Of a DNA stretch of 64,000 nucleotides, positions 9,966 through 18,757 are shown one piece after another. The notes beneath the pieces were generated by a model. The model did no database searches and was not told the DNA's origin. It saw nothing but the letters and a program-made list of their open reading frames with translations. This DNA is from a virus. The DNA lies in IMG/VR virus record IMGVR_UViG_3300028859_000011, positions 61,547-125,546 of that record. The stretch is one strand, 5' to 3'. The stretch's first letter is position 1. The number at the start of each line of letters is the position of its first letter. A program made the position numbers and the translations under genes.

Positions 9966-10737
9966 CTTTTTTTAATACATTATATATGTGATAATGTTTA
10001 ATTCTCATCATAGCAACATTTTTTATTTCATTTTTCCAATTTGTATTCGATAAAACTTCAATGATTCTACTTTTCAATTTATCATTATGTATAAATATTT
10101 TATATTCTCCAGCATATCTTTTATCATCTTTTGATAATATTTTTCCTGCACATCCTGATCCCCAATATACCATTCTCAAATCAAAATTATCAATATCATT
10201 ATAGCCTTTATAAGTTTCTCTTATTATAGTCAAGTCCTTCATTTTAAAATCAGGCTTAGAATTTAATCCTTTTTCTGGCCTTTTATAAATATTTAAAACA
10301 CAATGAATATTTCTATCTGTATAATACTGTAAACCTAAATCTTCACTATGAATAAGATCAAATTCATATAAGCTTGCAACGTTATTTAATTGAGAAATTG
10401 GTAAAATAAAAGATATATAATCTCCAAGTTCTATTGATTTTTTAAAAAATTTATTAGCTAAAAACATTTTAGTACCATAAGGAGGATTACCAATAATTAA
10501 TCTACCTTTTTTATATGGTATATTTAATTGTAGATAATCTTGATTAATTATATTTTTAGATTCTGGTTCAATATCATATGCAGTACAATTTAATTGATTA
10601 GAAAAAGAGCCATTACCAGCACTTGGTTCAATAATATCTGTAATAATATCATTATTAAGTATTTCAAATGTTTTATCAATACAATATTTAGAAATTTCTA
10701 TTGGGGTATAATACTTATCGTTCTCTATTTTAGACAT
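9946..10737 (-). CDS. DNA N6-adenine methyltransferase
   Basis: IIEPSAGNGSF (motif I) and IIGNPPYG (motif IV). Confidence 0.88.
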   Translation of the reverse strand: MSKIENDKYYTPIEISKYCIDKTFEILNNDIITDIIEPSAGNGSFSNQLNCTAYDIEPESKNIINQDYLQLNIPYKKGRLIIGNPPYGTKMFLANKFFKKSIELGDYISFILPISQLNNVASLYEFDLIHSEDLGLQYYTDRNIHCVLNIYKRPEKGLNSKPDFKMKDLTIIRETYKGYNDIDNFDLRMVYWGSGCAGKILSKDDKRYAGEYKIFIHNDKLKSRIIEVLSNTNWKNEIKNVAMMRIKHYHIYNVLKKEIPEIL

Positions 10738-10782
10738 TCAATAAATTATTTTAATTTATTATATGAAAAATAATGAAAAATG

Positions 10783-10814
10783 TTTGGTAAATAAAATAAT
10801 ATGTATTATCTTTG
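10783..10814 (+). promoter_or_regulatory. Bacteroidota sigma-A promoter
   Basis: TTTG-N20-TATCTTTG. Confidence 0.8.
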
Positions 10815-10866
10815 TATCCTCAATTAAACATAAATAATAATTATTAAAAACAAAAAACAAAAAAGT

Positions 10867-11817
10867 ATGAAAAAACAATTGATTTTAGTATGTGTGCTTG
10901 TAGTATCATTAATGTCATCCTGTATGAAACCTTATCAAAAGCAGAAAATCGTTGAGGTTAAACCTAACGAAACAGCTTACCTTATTCCATTGGAGAATGG
11001 AACTCAAACTAATCAAACTAAATTAAAATCTCAGGATTATTTGGAAAAGAACAAAGTAGTTGCAAAACGAATTTACATTCCTACACAATGGCAAAAAACT
11101 GGTAGAGGTAATAATTCTGGTTATTGGATGCCTTCTGATACAGTTATTATTGTAAATAGAACTCCTGTTACACGTGAATGGAATCAAGCAGGTGGAGGTT
11201 CGAATAAAACTTCAAATGATGCAATTAAAGTAGAGTCTAGAGAATCAATCGGATTTGAAGTTTGTATAACTGCAACTGCATCAATTCCAGAAGAATGGGC
11301 TACATTATTCTTATATTCTTATAGTGGAAGATCTTTATCAGATTTGATGGATAGTGATGTTCGAGCATATGTTCAAACTTGCTTAACTACAGCATTTGGA
11401 GATAGAACGTTAACACAAGGACAAAATGAACGAAGTGTAGTATTTTCTCAAATGGCTAAAGATGTATCTGCACATTTTGCCTTATATGGTATTAAAATTA
11501 TGAATATTGGTTCTGCTGGACAATTCTCATATGAAAATAAAGCTATTCAAGATGCTATTGATGAAAAATATTCTTCTGAAATGAATATACAAACTGCTCA
11601 GAATAAAGTAATTTCAGCCAATAAGTTTGCACAAGCAAAAGCAGCTATTGAAGCTCAGAGTCATCTTGATGCAGATATTGCAATTAAATTAGCATTTGCT
11701 GATGCACTTAAAAATGGTAAACTTCAAGTGCCAAGTACAATCGCTGGTGGAAATTTCTCACTTCTTGAATTGTATGGCTTAACTAGTATGAGTAACACAT
11801 CAAAAACAAAACGATAA
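10867..11817 (+). CDS. SPFH/Band-7-like lipoprotein
   Basis: Lipobox LMSSC after a hydrophobic signal peptide; SRESIGFEV...I, AIQDAIDE coiled-coil tail typical of phage SPFH proteins. Confidence 0.7.
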   Translation: MKKQLILVCVLVVSLMSSCMKPYQKQKIVEVKPNETAYLIPLENGTQTNQTKLKSQDYLEKNKVVAKRIYIPTQWQKTGRGNNSGYWMPSDTVIIVNRTPVTREWNQAGGGSNKTSNDAIKVESRESIGFEVCITATASIPEEWATLFLYSYSGRSLSDLMDSDVRAYVQTCLTTAFGDRTLTQGQNERSVVFSQMAKDVSAHFALYGIKIMNIGSAGQFSYENKAIQDAIDEKYSSEMNIQTAQNKVISANKFAQAKAAIEAQSHLDADIAIKLAFADALKNGKLQVPSTIAGGNFSLLELYGLTSMSNTSKTKR

Positions 11818-12134
11818 TGAAAAATAAATTATTTAAATCTTTATTGGTTTTTATTCTTTTGATTTTTCTCGGAGTATCACATGAGTTAATCTCACGTAAA
11901 GCATCACAAGATTATTCAGCAGCAGCTGCTCAGCAATTTACTAATGATAATGCATATTATACATTACAGACTCAACATTCAACAATTAATTTTATCGATG
12001 TGGTATTTGTTGCTGCTTCTCTTACTTCTTTAAGTCTATTCTACTTTATTTGGAAAACAAAAAAAGAAGATGAAATACCTAATATAGAAGAATTAAAAGA
12101 AGATGAACTACCTGATATAGAAGAAAAAGTTTAA
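11817..12134 (+). CDS. Two-TM membrane protein, partner of the SPFH gene
   Basis: Two hydrophobic segments; start overlaps the SPFH stop. Confidence 0.7.
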   Translation: MKNKLFKSLLVFILLIFLGVSHELISRKASQDYSAAAAQQFTNDNAYYTLQTQHSTINFIDVVFVAASLTSLSLFYFIWKTKKEDEIPNIEELKEDELPDIEEKV

Positions 12135-12153
12135 AATAATATGAAAATAAATG

Positions 12154-12193
12154 AAAAAGTCCTTGCTTATGTGAGGACTTTTTTTTATCTTTG
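12154..12193 (+). terminator. Terminator hairpin fused to a -7 promoter box (TATCTTTG 12186-12193)
   Basis: aaaaagtcctt...gaggactttttt. Confidence 0.7.
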
Positions 12194-12327
12194 TATTCAA
12201 TATTTTATTCAAATTAAAAACTATAAATTATGTCAGCAATAATAGCAATATGTGCACTTTTAATTGTAGAGTCTATCATTTATATTATGATTGATGAATA
12301 AATTTATGAAACGTAAATAAAAATTGT

Positions 12328-14362
12328 ATGCAAATAGATTTTAGAAAAAATAAGAATTTTGGTGATCATGGAGACGTAAGATTAATAACTAAATTTTTAT
12401 GGTACCCATTAATTTTAAAAGGTAGAATGATTTGGATGGAAACCGCAACAATTCAACAAATATGTTTTACTAATCCTTCATATTTATATACCAAAACATT
12501 TTGGATTAATGACTGCTTTGTAAAACAATAAATTACAATAAAATATGAAAAGTAAAATACAAATAATTGATAATCAAGAAGTTATTGTTACACATATAAC
12601 AGAAAAAGATTTCAAAAAAGCAATTAGTCTCATAATTAATAGATGTGATACAATTAAAGATATTTTTAATGAAACATCTTGGTTGTTTTCACCTGCTGAA
12701 GATATTAGTCAGCTATTAGTAGTAACTGAAAAAATAACACATATCAAAAACAAAAAATGAGCAAGAGTAAAATTACAAAAGAATTGATAGATAAAGTAAA
12801 AATACTTTATCCTGATTGCGATGTTTTTAAATCAAGAATTAAACATAACTATATTTGTATTCGTAAATTGTTAGGTCAATCAATATACTATAGAGATGAA
12901 AATAGAACATTTGAATATGATAATACAGAAATTGAATATTTATATGTAGCAGAAGCTATATTAGAAATTAATAAACTATAATATGACAACTAAAAAATTA
13001 AATAATAAAACCTTTATTTTTAAAGATTATAAAGATCCAAAATATAAAGAAATTGTATATGATGGTAAAAAATATCAATATCATCAAGTTGAAGATAATT
13101 GTGGTGAAAAAACATATTTTTACTATAATACTACTTATGCTAGTCATCCTAAATATTTAATATTTGGCCCTATAATTATAAAAACAATTCCAAAATTTAT
13201 ATTCCAAATATATGGTCATATTGAATCTGAAATATTTTCTAAAGATGATATAAGAATGAAGATTCATGAAAAAGTAAATATCATAAATAGAAGAAAAGAA
13301 ATAAAAAGAGGAGAAATAATTTAATATAAAAATATATTAATCATGACATCAAAAGATATTGTAAATAAAATTTTATTTAATGATAATAGAATATTTTACC
13401 TTAACGTAATGCTAAATAGTAATAGATTGATTGATAAAGAATATGTTAATTTAATATATCGTAAATTTGAACTCAAAAAAGAAAATAATATACTTTATAA
13501 AAAATTAGAAGAAAATAGATTAAGAATCGAAAAATTGAAAGAATTAAATAATATATCATGAAATTTAAAGATATTGAAAATGAAATTGTATTTTTAGAGA
13601 AAAAAAGTTTATCTTTGGAATGAATACTTTATAATATAAGTTATAATACAATCGAATTCATTGAGATACGGGAAAAATTTGATAAACTAAATATATATTT
13701 AAAAGAAATAAAAGAAAAATTTGAATTAAATAAATTAAGAATTGAAAAATTAAAAGAATTGAATGATATATGATTGATTATAAAAAAGATGTAAAATTAT
13801 CAAATGAATTCAAAACAGTACACGAACAAATGCAAGATAAATTATATAAAAATGTAAGATTACTATGTAACGTCGAAACAAGACAAAAACAAATATACGT
13901 CACTTTATATAATGAAAAATATTTTAATTATGAATATCCTTATTTTGATGATCATGACTTGATATATAAAGTAGATAATGAAGATTTCTATGAAAATTTT
14001 AAAAAAATAAGAAAAATAAAAAGAGATTATAATAATTCTTATAAACCAATAAAGTTTAAAACTGAATTTGAATGCTTAAAATATTTGAAATCTATCGGAA
14101 TTGATGAAGTTGGTCCGAATAATTAATTAAAAATAAAAATATGAAACAAAAAATTTTAGAAATATTAGGTAAGAATCATACTACGCCATGCGTATTCACA
14201 AATAACCAAGAAGTTGAAGCGATTTATACATATAAAAATGATGTATATTGCTTAGAAATGGGAGAAGATTTTCCTTTTGATGATGTTTCTGAAAAAGGAC
14301 AAAAAAAGATTCTTGATGCTATTGTAAATAATGAATATAAAAAAGATAAAACTTTTCAATAA
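12328..14362 (+). CDS. Operon of small hypothetical ORFs (12328-12531, 12545-12760, 12757-12981, 12983-13324, 13343-13561, 13770-14126, 14141-14362)
   Basis: Tightly packed, often ATGA-coupled ORFs; no recognisable motifs. Confidence 0.65.
13558..13773 (+). pseudogene. Paralog of 13343-13561 interrupted by an in-frame TGA
   Basis: MKFKDIENEIVFLEKKSLSLE*ILYN...KLRIEKLKELNDI; stop at 13621-13623; C-terminus matches the neighbour's RLRIEKLKELNNIS. Confidence 0.7.
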
Positions 14363-14366
14363 AAAG

Positions 14367-14398
14367 TTTGGTGAATTGAAAACTTTTCCGTACTTTTG
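14367..14398 (+). promoter_or_regulatory. Bacteroidota sigma-A promoter upstream of the tRNA leader
   Basis: TTTG 14367-14370, N20, TACTTTTG 14391-14398. Confidence 0.75.
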
Positions 14399-14452
14399 TA
14401 CTACATAATAAAAATAGAAAAAAATCATATTTTTTAAAGAATATATACTGAT

Positions 14453-14545
14453 ATGAAAAACTACAATAACATAATGAACTTGCTACTCTTAAACCTATTA
14501 TTACAAAATAATCGGACTGAGAGTACTATGTCATATCTATTGTAA
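14453..14545 (+). CDS. Leu-rich leader peptide (30 aa), putative attenuator peptide; not in ORF track
   Basis: MKNYNNIMNLLLLNLLLQNNRTESTMSYLL*; Leu codons TTG CTA CTC TTA (AAC) CTA TTA TTA ... CTA TTG. Confidence 0.8.
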   Translation: MKNYNNIMNLLLLNLLLQNNRTESTMSYLL

Positions 14546-14579
14546 CAAATAATATAAGCATATTAAAAAGACCTCAGTC
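14515..14579 (+). promoter_or_regulatory. Putative antiterminator helix
   Basis: GACTGAG 14515-14521 is the exact reverse complement of CTCAGTC 14573-14579 in the terminator 5' arm; extendable by 2 bp past a bulge. Confidence 0.65.
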
Positions 14580-14605
14580 ATTTATTTGATTGAGGTTTTT
14601 CTTTT
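14571..14605 (+). terminator. Intrinsic terminator (attenuator) immediately before the first tRNA
   Basis: ACCTCAGTCA-tttatt-TGATTGAGGT followed by TTTTCTTTT. Confidence 0.85.
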
Positions 14606-14615
14606 ATAATAAAAT

Positions 14616-14701
14616 GCTCTGGTGGTGAAACTGGCGAAACACGATACTTTTAAAAAGTATTACATTAAGAAACAATGCGGGTCCGAATCCCGCTCAGAGT
14701 A
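14616..14701 (+). tRNA. trnL: tRNA-Leu(TAA), copy 1
   Basis: Acceptor GCTCTGG/TCAGAGT, anticodon arm ATACT-TTTAAAA-AGTAT, long variable arm, A73. Confidence 0.9.
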
Positions 14702-14709
14702 CAAAAAAT

Positions 14710-14792
14710 GTTCCTGTGATGAAATTGGTAGTACATAAATTTCTTAAAAGAATTTGCCCACTGGCGTGTCGGTTCGAGTCCGACCAGGAATA
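14710..14792 (+). tRNA. trnL: tRNA-Leu(TAA), copy 2
   Basis: Acceptor GTTCCTG/CAGGAAT, AATTT-CTTAAAA-GAATT, variable arm, GGTTCGAGTCC, A73. Confidence 0.92.
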
Positions 14793-14803
14793 CAATAAAA
14801 CAT

Positions 14804-14889
14804 GCTGATGTGGCGGAATGAATACGCGGCAGTCTAAGAAACTGTTTCTGAACAAAGTAAGAATGTGGGTTCAAGTCCCACCATCAGTA
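14804..14889 (+). tRNA. trnL: tRNA-Leu(AAG)
   Basis: Acceptor GCTGATG/CATCAGT, GCAGT-CTAAGAA-ACTGT, long variable arm, GGTTCAAGTCC, A73. Confidence 0.88.
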
Positions 14890-14896
14890 CAATAAT

Positions 14897-14970
14897 GACT
14901 GAGTGATGTAATTGGTAACCATGTCATCCTCAAAAGGTGAATTTTGTGGGTTCGACTCCCATCTCAGTTA
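14897..14970 (+). tRNA. trnL: tRNA with CAA anticodon (Leu) and a short variable loop
   Basis: Acceptor GACTGAG/CTCAGTT, TCATC-CTCAAAA-GGTGA, 5-nt variable loop, GGTTCGACTCC, A73. Confidence 0.85.
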
Positions 14971-14978
14971 CAATACAT

Positions 14979-15068
14979 GTTCCAGTGGCGAAACTTGGTT
15001 GAGACGCGTTAGATTTAGGATCTAATACAGTTAATGACACACTGCGGGTCCAAATCCCGCCTGGAATA
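14979..15068 (+). tRNA. trnL: tRNA-Leu(TAG)
   Basis: Acceptor GTTCCAG/CTGGAAT, TTAGA-TTTAGGA-TCTAA, long variable arm, A73. Confidence 0.92.
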
Positions 15069-15069
15069 C

Positions 15070-15114
15070 AAAGTGTGAGCCAATTTTATTAAAAAAATTG
15101 ACTCACACTTTTTT
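15070..15114 (+). terminator. Terminator closing the tRNA array
   Basis: aaagtgtgagccaatttt ... aaaattgactcacacttt followed by a T run. Confidence 0.8.
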
Positions 15115-15136
15115 ATATATACAATAAAAAAAGTAT

Positions 15137-16075
15137 ATGAATAAATATAATAAAGAAAAATTTGAAGAAGTTATTAAAAAATCATTTTCTTATTCAAGCA
15201 CTTGCAAGAATATTGGATTAGTGCCAGTAGGAGGAAATATTCTCACAGTAAAAAAATATATTAAATTATATAATATAAACATTGATCATTTTACTGGGCA
15301 AGGATGGAATTTTGGAGATAATTATAAGCAAACAAAAAATGCTATACCATTAAATGACATATTAGATGGTTTGCATCCATCATATGGCACAACTCATTTA
15401 AAGAAAAGATTAATTAAAGATAGACTAAAAGAAAATAGATGTGAAGAATGCGGGTTGACAGAATGGAATAATATGCCAATTGCTTTACAATTACATCATA
15501 AAGATGGTGATAGTACAAATCATAAATTTGAAAATTTAAAAATATTATGTCCAAATTGTCACACACAAACAGATACATATGGATCTAAAAATAAAGGAAC
15601 AGAGAAAACATATGATAAGATACAATTATTGGAATCTATTTCCAATTCCAAAAATTACAGTGAAGTCAAAATAAAAATAGGATTAAAAAGAGGAGGTGAT
15701 AATAATGTAATAAAAAATATCATGTTTGAATATGATATAAATTTTAATGACAGTGAAAAAATAAAAAGTATAATTTTAGAAGAAAAAGAATTAATAGAAA
15801 AAGAATTAATAGAAAAAGAAGAAATTCAAAATAAATCAACAAAAAAAATTAAAATTAGAAAAAAATATCCATCAATAAAAAATATTTGCTCATGCGGCAA
15901 AGAAATTCAAACCAGATCAAATCAGTGCAATGAGTGTTATAGATTATCTGAAAGAAAAGTAATGAACAGACCAACTAAAGATGAATTAAGATTAATGATA
16001 TCTGATACAAGTTTAGAAGCTGTTGGTAGAGTTTATGGTGTGACTGGCAATACAGTTAAGAAGTGGCTAAAATAA
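15137..16075 (+). CDS. HNH homing endonuclease
   Basis: CEECG...LQLHHKDGDSTNHKFENLKILCPNCHTQT; C-terminal CSCG..CNEC and HTH (SLEAVGRVYGVTGNTVKKW). Confidence 0.9.
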   Translation: MNKYNKEKFEEVIKKSFSYSSTCKNIGLVPVGGNILTVKKYIKLYNINIDHFTGQGWNFGDNYKQTKNAIPLNDILDGLHPSYGTTHLKKRLIKDRLKENRCEECGLTEWNNMPIALQLHHKDGDSTNHKFENLKILCPNCHTQTDTYGSKNKGTEKTYDKIQLLESISNSKNYSEVKIKIGLKRGGDNNVIKNIMFEYDINFNDSEKIKSIILEEKELIEKELIEKEEIQNKSTKKIKIRKKYPSIKNICSCGKEIQTRSNQCNECYRLSERKVMNRPTKDELRLMISDTSLEAVGRVYGVTGNTVKKWLK

Positions 16076-16089
16076 TGTCTTATATTGAA

Positions 16090-16129
16090 ATGTCTAAATG
16101 AGATGGTTCGACTCCCACCTAAGTTACAA
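16090..16129 (+). pseudogene. Degenerate tRNA 3' half
   Basis: GGTTCGACTCCCACCTAAGTTACAA closely matches the 3' end of the CAA tRNA (GGTTCGACTCCCATCTCAGTTACAA); no 5' half found. Confidence 0.6.
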
Positions 16130-16667
16130 ATTAAATTTCTTTGATGCTATAATTGATTCCATATCAATTATAGAACTTGACCAATACTTCATTGATCCAT
16201 CATCAGTTTTAACAATTCCTGGTCCGTCGTGAGGTCCAGGATTCATTTTTTTAACTTCATAATCAATTGAAGCCCATCTAAAATTTTCAATTCTTTCTTT
16301 CTTTATTACTTTACACAATTCAGTATTATTCCAACCAAGTAAGCAATAATCTCCAATAGATGGTAGATTTTCCAGATCTTCAATTTTTTTAGAATAGCTT
16401 TTTATTTGTTCACGTTTAACTAAAAAATTGTTATTCCACAATTCATATTTATCAAATTTAACGTTATAGTATTCTGTGTGTTTCTATAGATATTATTTTA
16501 CCTATTCTATATTTATAGTCAGTATCGTTTTTTCTAGGGGTAAAATATTCAGGTATTTTAGATTCATAGAAATCTTCGTTGAGTCTGACGTAATCATTTA
16601 TTTCTGGTTCTGAATCACGTGTAAATTCTTTTGTATTGTAGAATTCAATTTTTTTAATATGTTTCAT
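16124..16667 (-). pseudogene. Tagged protein split by a frameshift (MKHIKKIE ... SKKFNL)
   Basis: One frameshift in an ACACACA tract near 16473-16481 joins track ORFs 16464-16667 and 16124-16441 via EYYNVKFDKYELWNN. Confidence 0.65.
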
Positions 16668-17036
16668 ATGTTATATTTTTTTGCATGTATTTTTAGTTTG
16701 AATATCGTCATATATATCATCAAATGATATAGCTAAAAAATCATCAACTGATAGCATATTTTGCATGTAATCTATTCCATCACCCCAACCTCTTGTAGAA
16801 ACAGAACTGATAGATATTGAATATTCTGAATATTTTGAAACCTCAACAATTATTGCATAATAGCCTGGAGTTTTAACATTCCTTCTTATAGTATGTTCGT
16901 CATTATAACTTAGATTATATGTTTTGAGTTTATCAATAAGTTGTTCTGTTTGTTCGTCTGTTATGCCTTCAATATTTATTGCAAATCTGAATTTATTTTT
17001 AGAACTTTCATTAATGAATTGATTATATTTTTTCAT
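16664..17036 (-). CDS. MKKYNQFINE-family protein; C-terminal tag lies in a shifted frame
   Basis: Paralog of 17422-17856; the alternative frame ends IHAKKYNI* overlapping the next ATG. Confidence 0.7.
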
Positions 17037-17425
17037 AGGTTAAATTTATTTGCGTCATTTTTTAATTTAAAATAATTTTCAACTCCATCTAATCCAACCA
17101 ACAAAAATTCTTCTAATGATATTAAATTTACTTTTACTGAACTACCGAAATCTATACCTGAAATTTTAATATAATTAGTATTATTTATATCATAATACAA
17201 TGATATCTCCTATGAATATTTTGTTGATATTAAAAATTCTTCATTCCAAGAATATAATTTAACATGTTTTTTTATTTCATTTATTGCGGATTTTTTCTTA
17301 TCAATTGTATTATTTGTACTTTTATCAATAACAAATGTAATATTAGGCTCTGATTCAGGTATCATATCTTTACTATCAATTAATATGTAATTATTTTCAT
17401 TAATGAATTGGTTATATTTTTTCAT
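17033..17425 (-). pseudogene. MKKYNQFINE-family protein with an in-frame TAG
   Basis: TAG at 17210-17212; the frame stays open to ...LEEFLLVGLDGVENYFKLKNDANKFNL*, homologous to the neighbours' ends. Confidence 0.75.
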
Positions 17426-17856
17426 ATATTAAATTTATTTGCATCTTTTTTCATGTTGATAATTTCTTCTTTTGCTTTGACAAGTTCTTCAGCTCCTTCA
17501 AATCCAACTTTAAAGAATTCATCTAACGATAATATACATTCCATATAAGTATATCCTGCTCCCCAACGTGGTGTTGTAACTGTTGATATATCTATTCTAC
17601 AACGATTAAAATAATCAGTAATCTCGAATCCTAAAGCCCAAGGAAAGAAAGAATTACTTCCAAAAATATCCTTTTTGTATCTAAGACTCAATAATTCTGA
17701 TTTTCCAAATTCTGAATATTCATCATAATTTACAGATTTTTTGTAAATCATATCAAATAATTTATCAATTTGATCATCTGTGATATTTGTTATATCAACA
17801 GCAAATCTGAATTTATCAGAAATACTTTCATTGATGAATTGTTTATATTTTTTCAT
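17422..17856 (-). CDS. MKKYKQFINE...DANKFNI tagged protein
   Basis: ORF in a tandem paralog array. Confidence 0.8.
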   Translation of the reverse strand: MKKYKQFINESISDKFRFAVDITNITDDQIDKLFDMIYKKSVNYDEYSEFGKSELLSLRYKKDIFGSNSFFPWALGFEITDYFNRCRIDISTVTTPRWGAGYTYMECILSLDEFFKVGFEGAEELVKAKEEIINMKKDANKFNI

Positions 17857-18293
17857 AGGTTAAATTTATTTGCATCTTTCTTAATTTTATAAAGTGTTTC
17901 AACTCCTTCTAATCCAATTATAAGGAAATTATCTAATGAAATTATAAGGTTATTCTCACCTCTCATCTCATCAGATCTCAGTTTTAAAAAATCTATTGTA
18001 TCTCTTGGTATTGCAGAATTGCCCCAACTTTCATATACTTGAATATACCATACCCAGTAATTATTTTTATCTACTGAGAAACGTTTCCAATCAGTATCAT
18101 TATCTCTAATTAATAAACTTTTTATATTGTGAGTTTCTAATGTCACATATTTTCTAAATTCATCAAATGCTTCTTGTTGTCTTTTTTCATCTGCATCTTC
18201 CAATGATATGAAAAATTTAAAATCCATATTATTGGATGCATAATTTTCTCCATATGCTCTATTTTCGTTAATAAATTCTTTATATTTTTTCAT
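17853..18293 (-). CDS. MKKYKEFINE...DANKFNL tagged protein
   Basis: ORF in a tandem paralog array. Confidence 0.8.
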   Translation of the reverse strand: MKKYKEFINENRAYGENYASNNMDFKFFISLEDADEKRQQEAFDEFRKYVTLETHNIKSLLIRDNDTDWKRFSVDKNNYWVWYIQVYESWGNSAIPRDTIDFLKLRSDEMRGENNLIISLDNFLIIGLEGVETLYKIKKDANKFNL

Positions 18294-18757
18294 ATATTAA
18301 ATTTTTCAGCTTTTTTTATCATTAGATATTTTTGATATTGTTTTGGATATTCATCTATTATTTTCTTTTTATCATTAAGTTGTAAATATGTCAAAAAATC
18401 ATTACCAAGATTGTCTTTTAGATTCCAATTCGCATTAGATTCTATTAATACTTTTACTATATTAATATTTTCTCTTAATGTAGCATACTGTAATGCGGTT
18501 CTATCATATATATCTTGATAGTTTATATCAGCGCCTTTTTCTATTAAATACTCAACCACGTCTATTCTATTATTATCTGCTGCTAATATTAATGGTGTAT
18601 AATTATTATTTTCTATAATATTTATATCAATTTTTTCAACTTCTATATATTCTTTAACAACTTCTAAATCTCCCCTTCTACAAGCTTCAAATATACTAAT
18701 ATCACTATTGAAAAAGATATCAGAATATCTATCTTCAAATGTTTTTATAAATTTCAT
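18290..18757 (-). CDS. Ankyrin-repeat protein (MKFIKTFE...KAEKFNI)
   Basis: TPLILAA...VVEYLIEKGADIN; RTALQYA...IVKVLIESNA. Confidence 0.9.
   Translation of the reverse strand: MKFIKTFEDRYSDIFFNSDISIFEACRRGDLEVVKEYIEVEKIDINIIENNNYTPLILAADNNRIDVVEYLIEKGADINYQDIYDRTALQYATLRENINIVKVLIESNANWNLKDNLGNDFLTYLQLNDKKKIIDEYPKQYQKYLMIKKAEKFNI

Noticed and set aside
14400-14615. T-box riboswitch controlling the tRNA array
   Set aside because: No T-box consensus or stem I motifs; the leader peptide explains the layout better.
14831-14845. Amber suppressor tRNA (CTA in the loop of tRNA 3)
   Set aside because: Stem pairing places CTA at positions 32-34; the anticodon is AAG.
14665-14874. Minus-strand 69-aa ORF in the track
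   Set aside because: Shadow ORF antisense to the tRNA genes.
13621-17212. Stop-codon reassignment (TAG or TGA) as in some large phages
   Set aside because: There is only one clear case of each; TGA terminates many genes in ATGA overlaps, TAG ends IS607 tnpB, and long genes are intact in the standard code.
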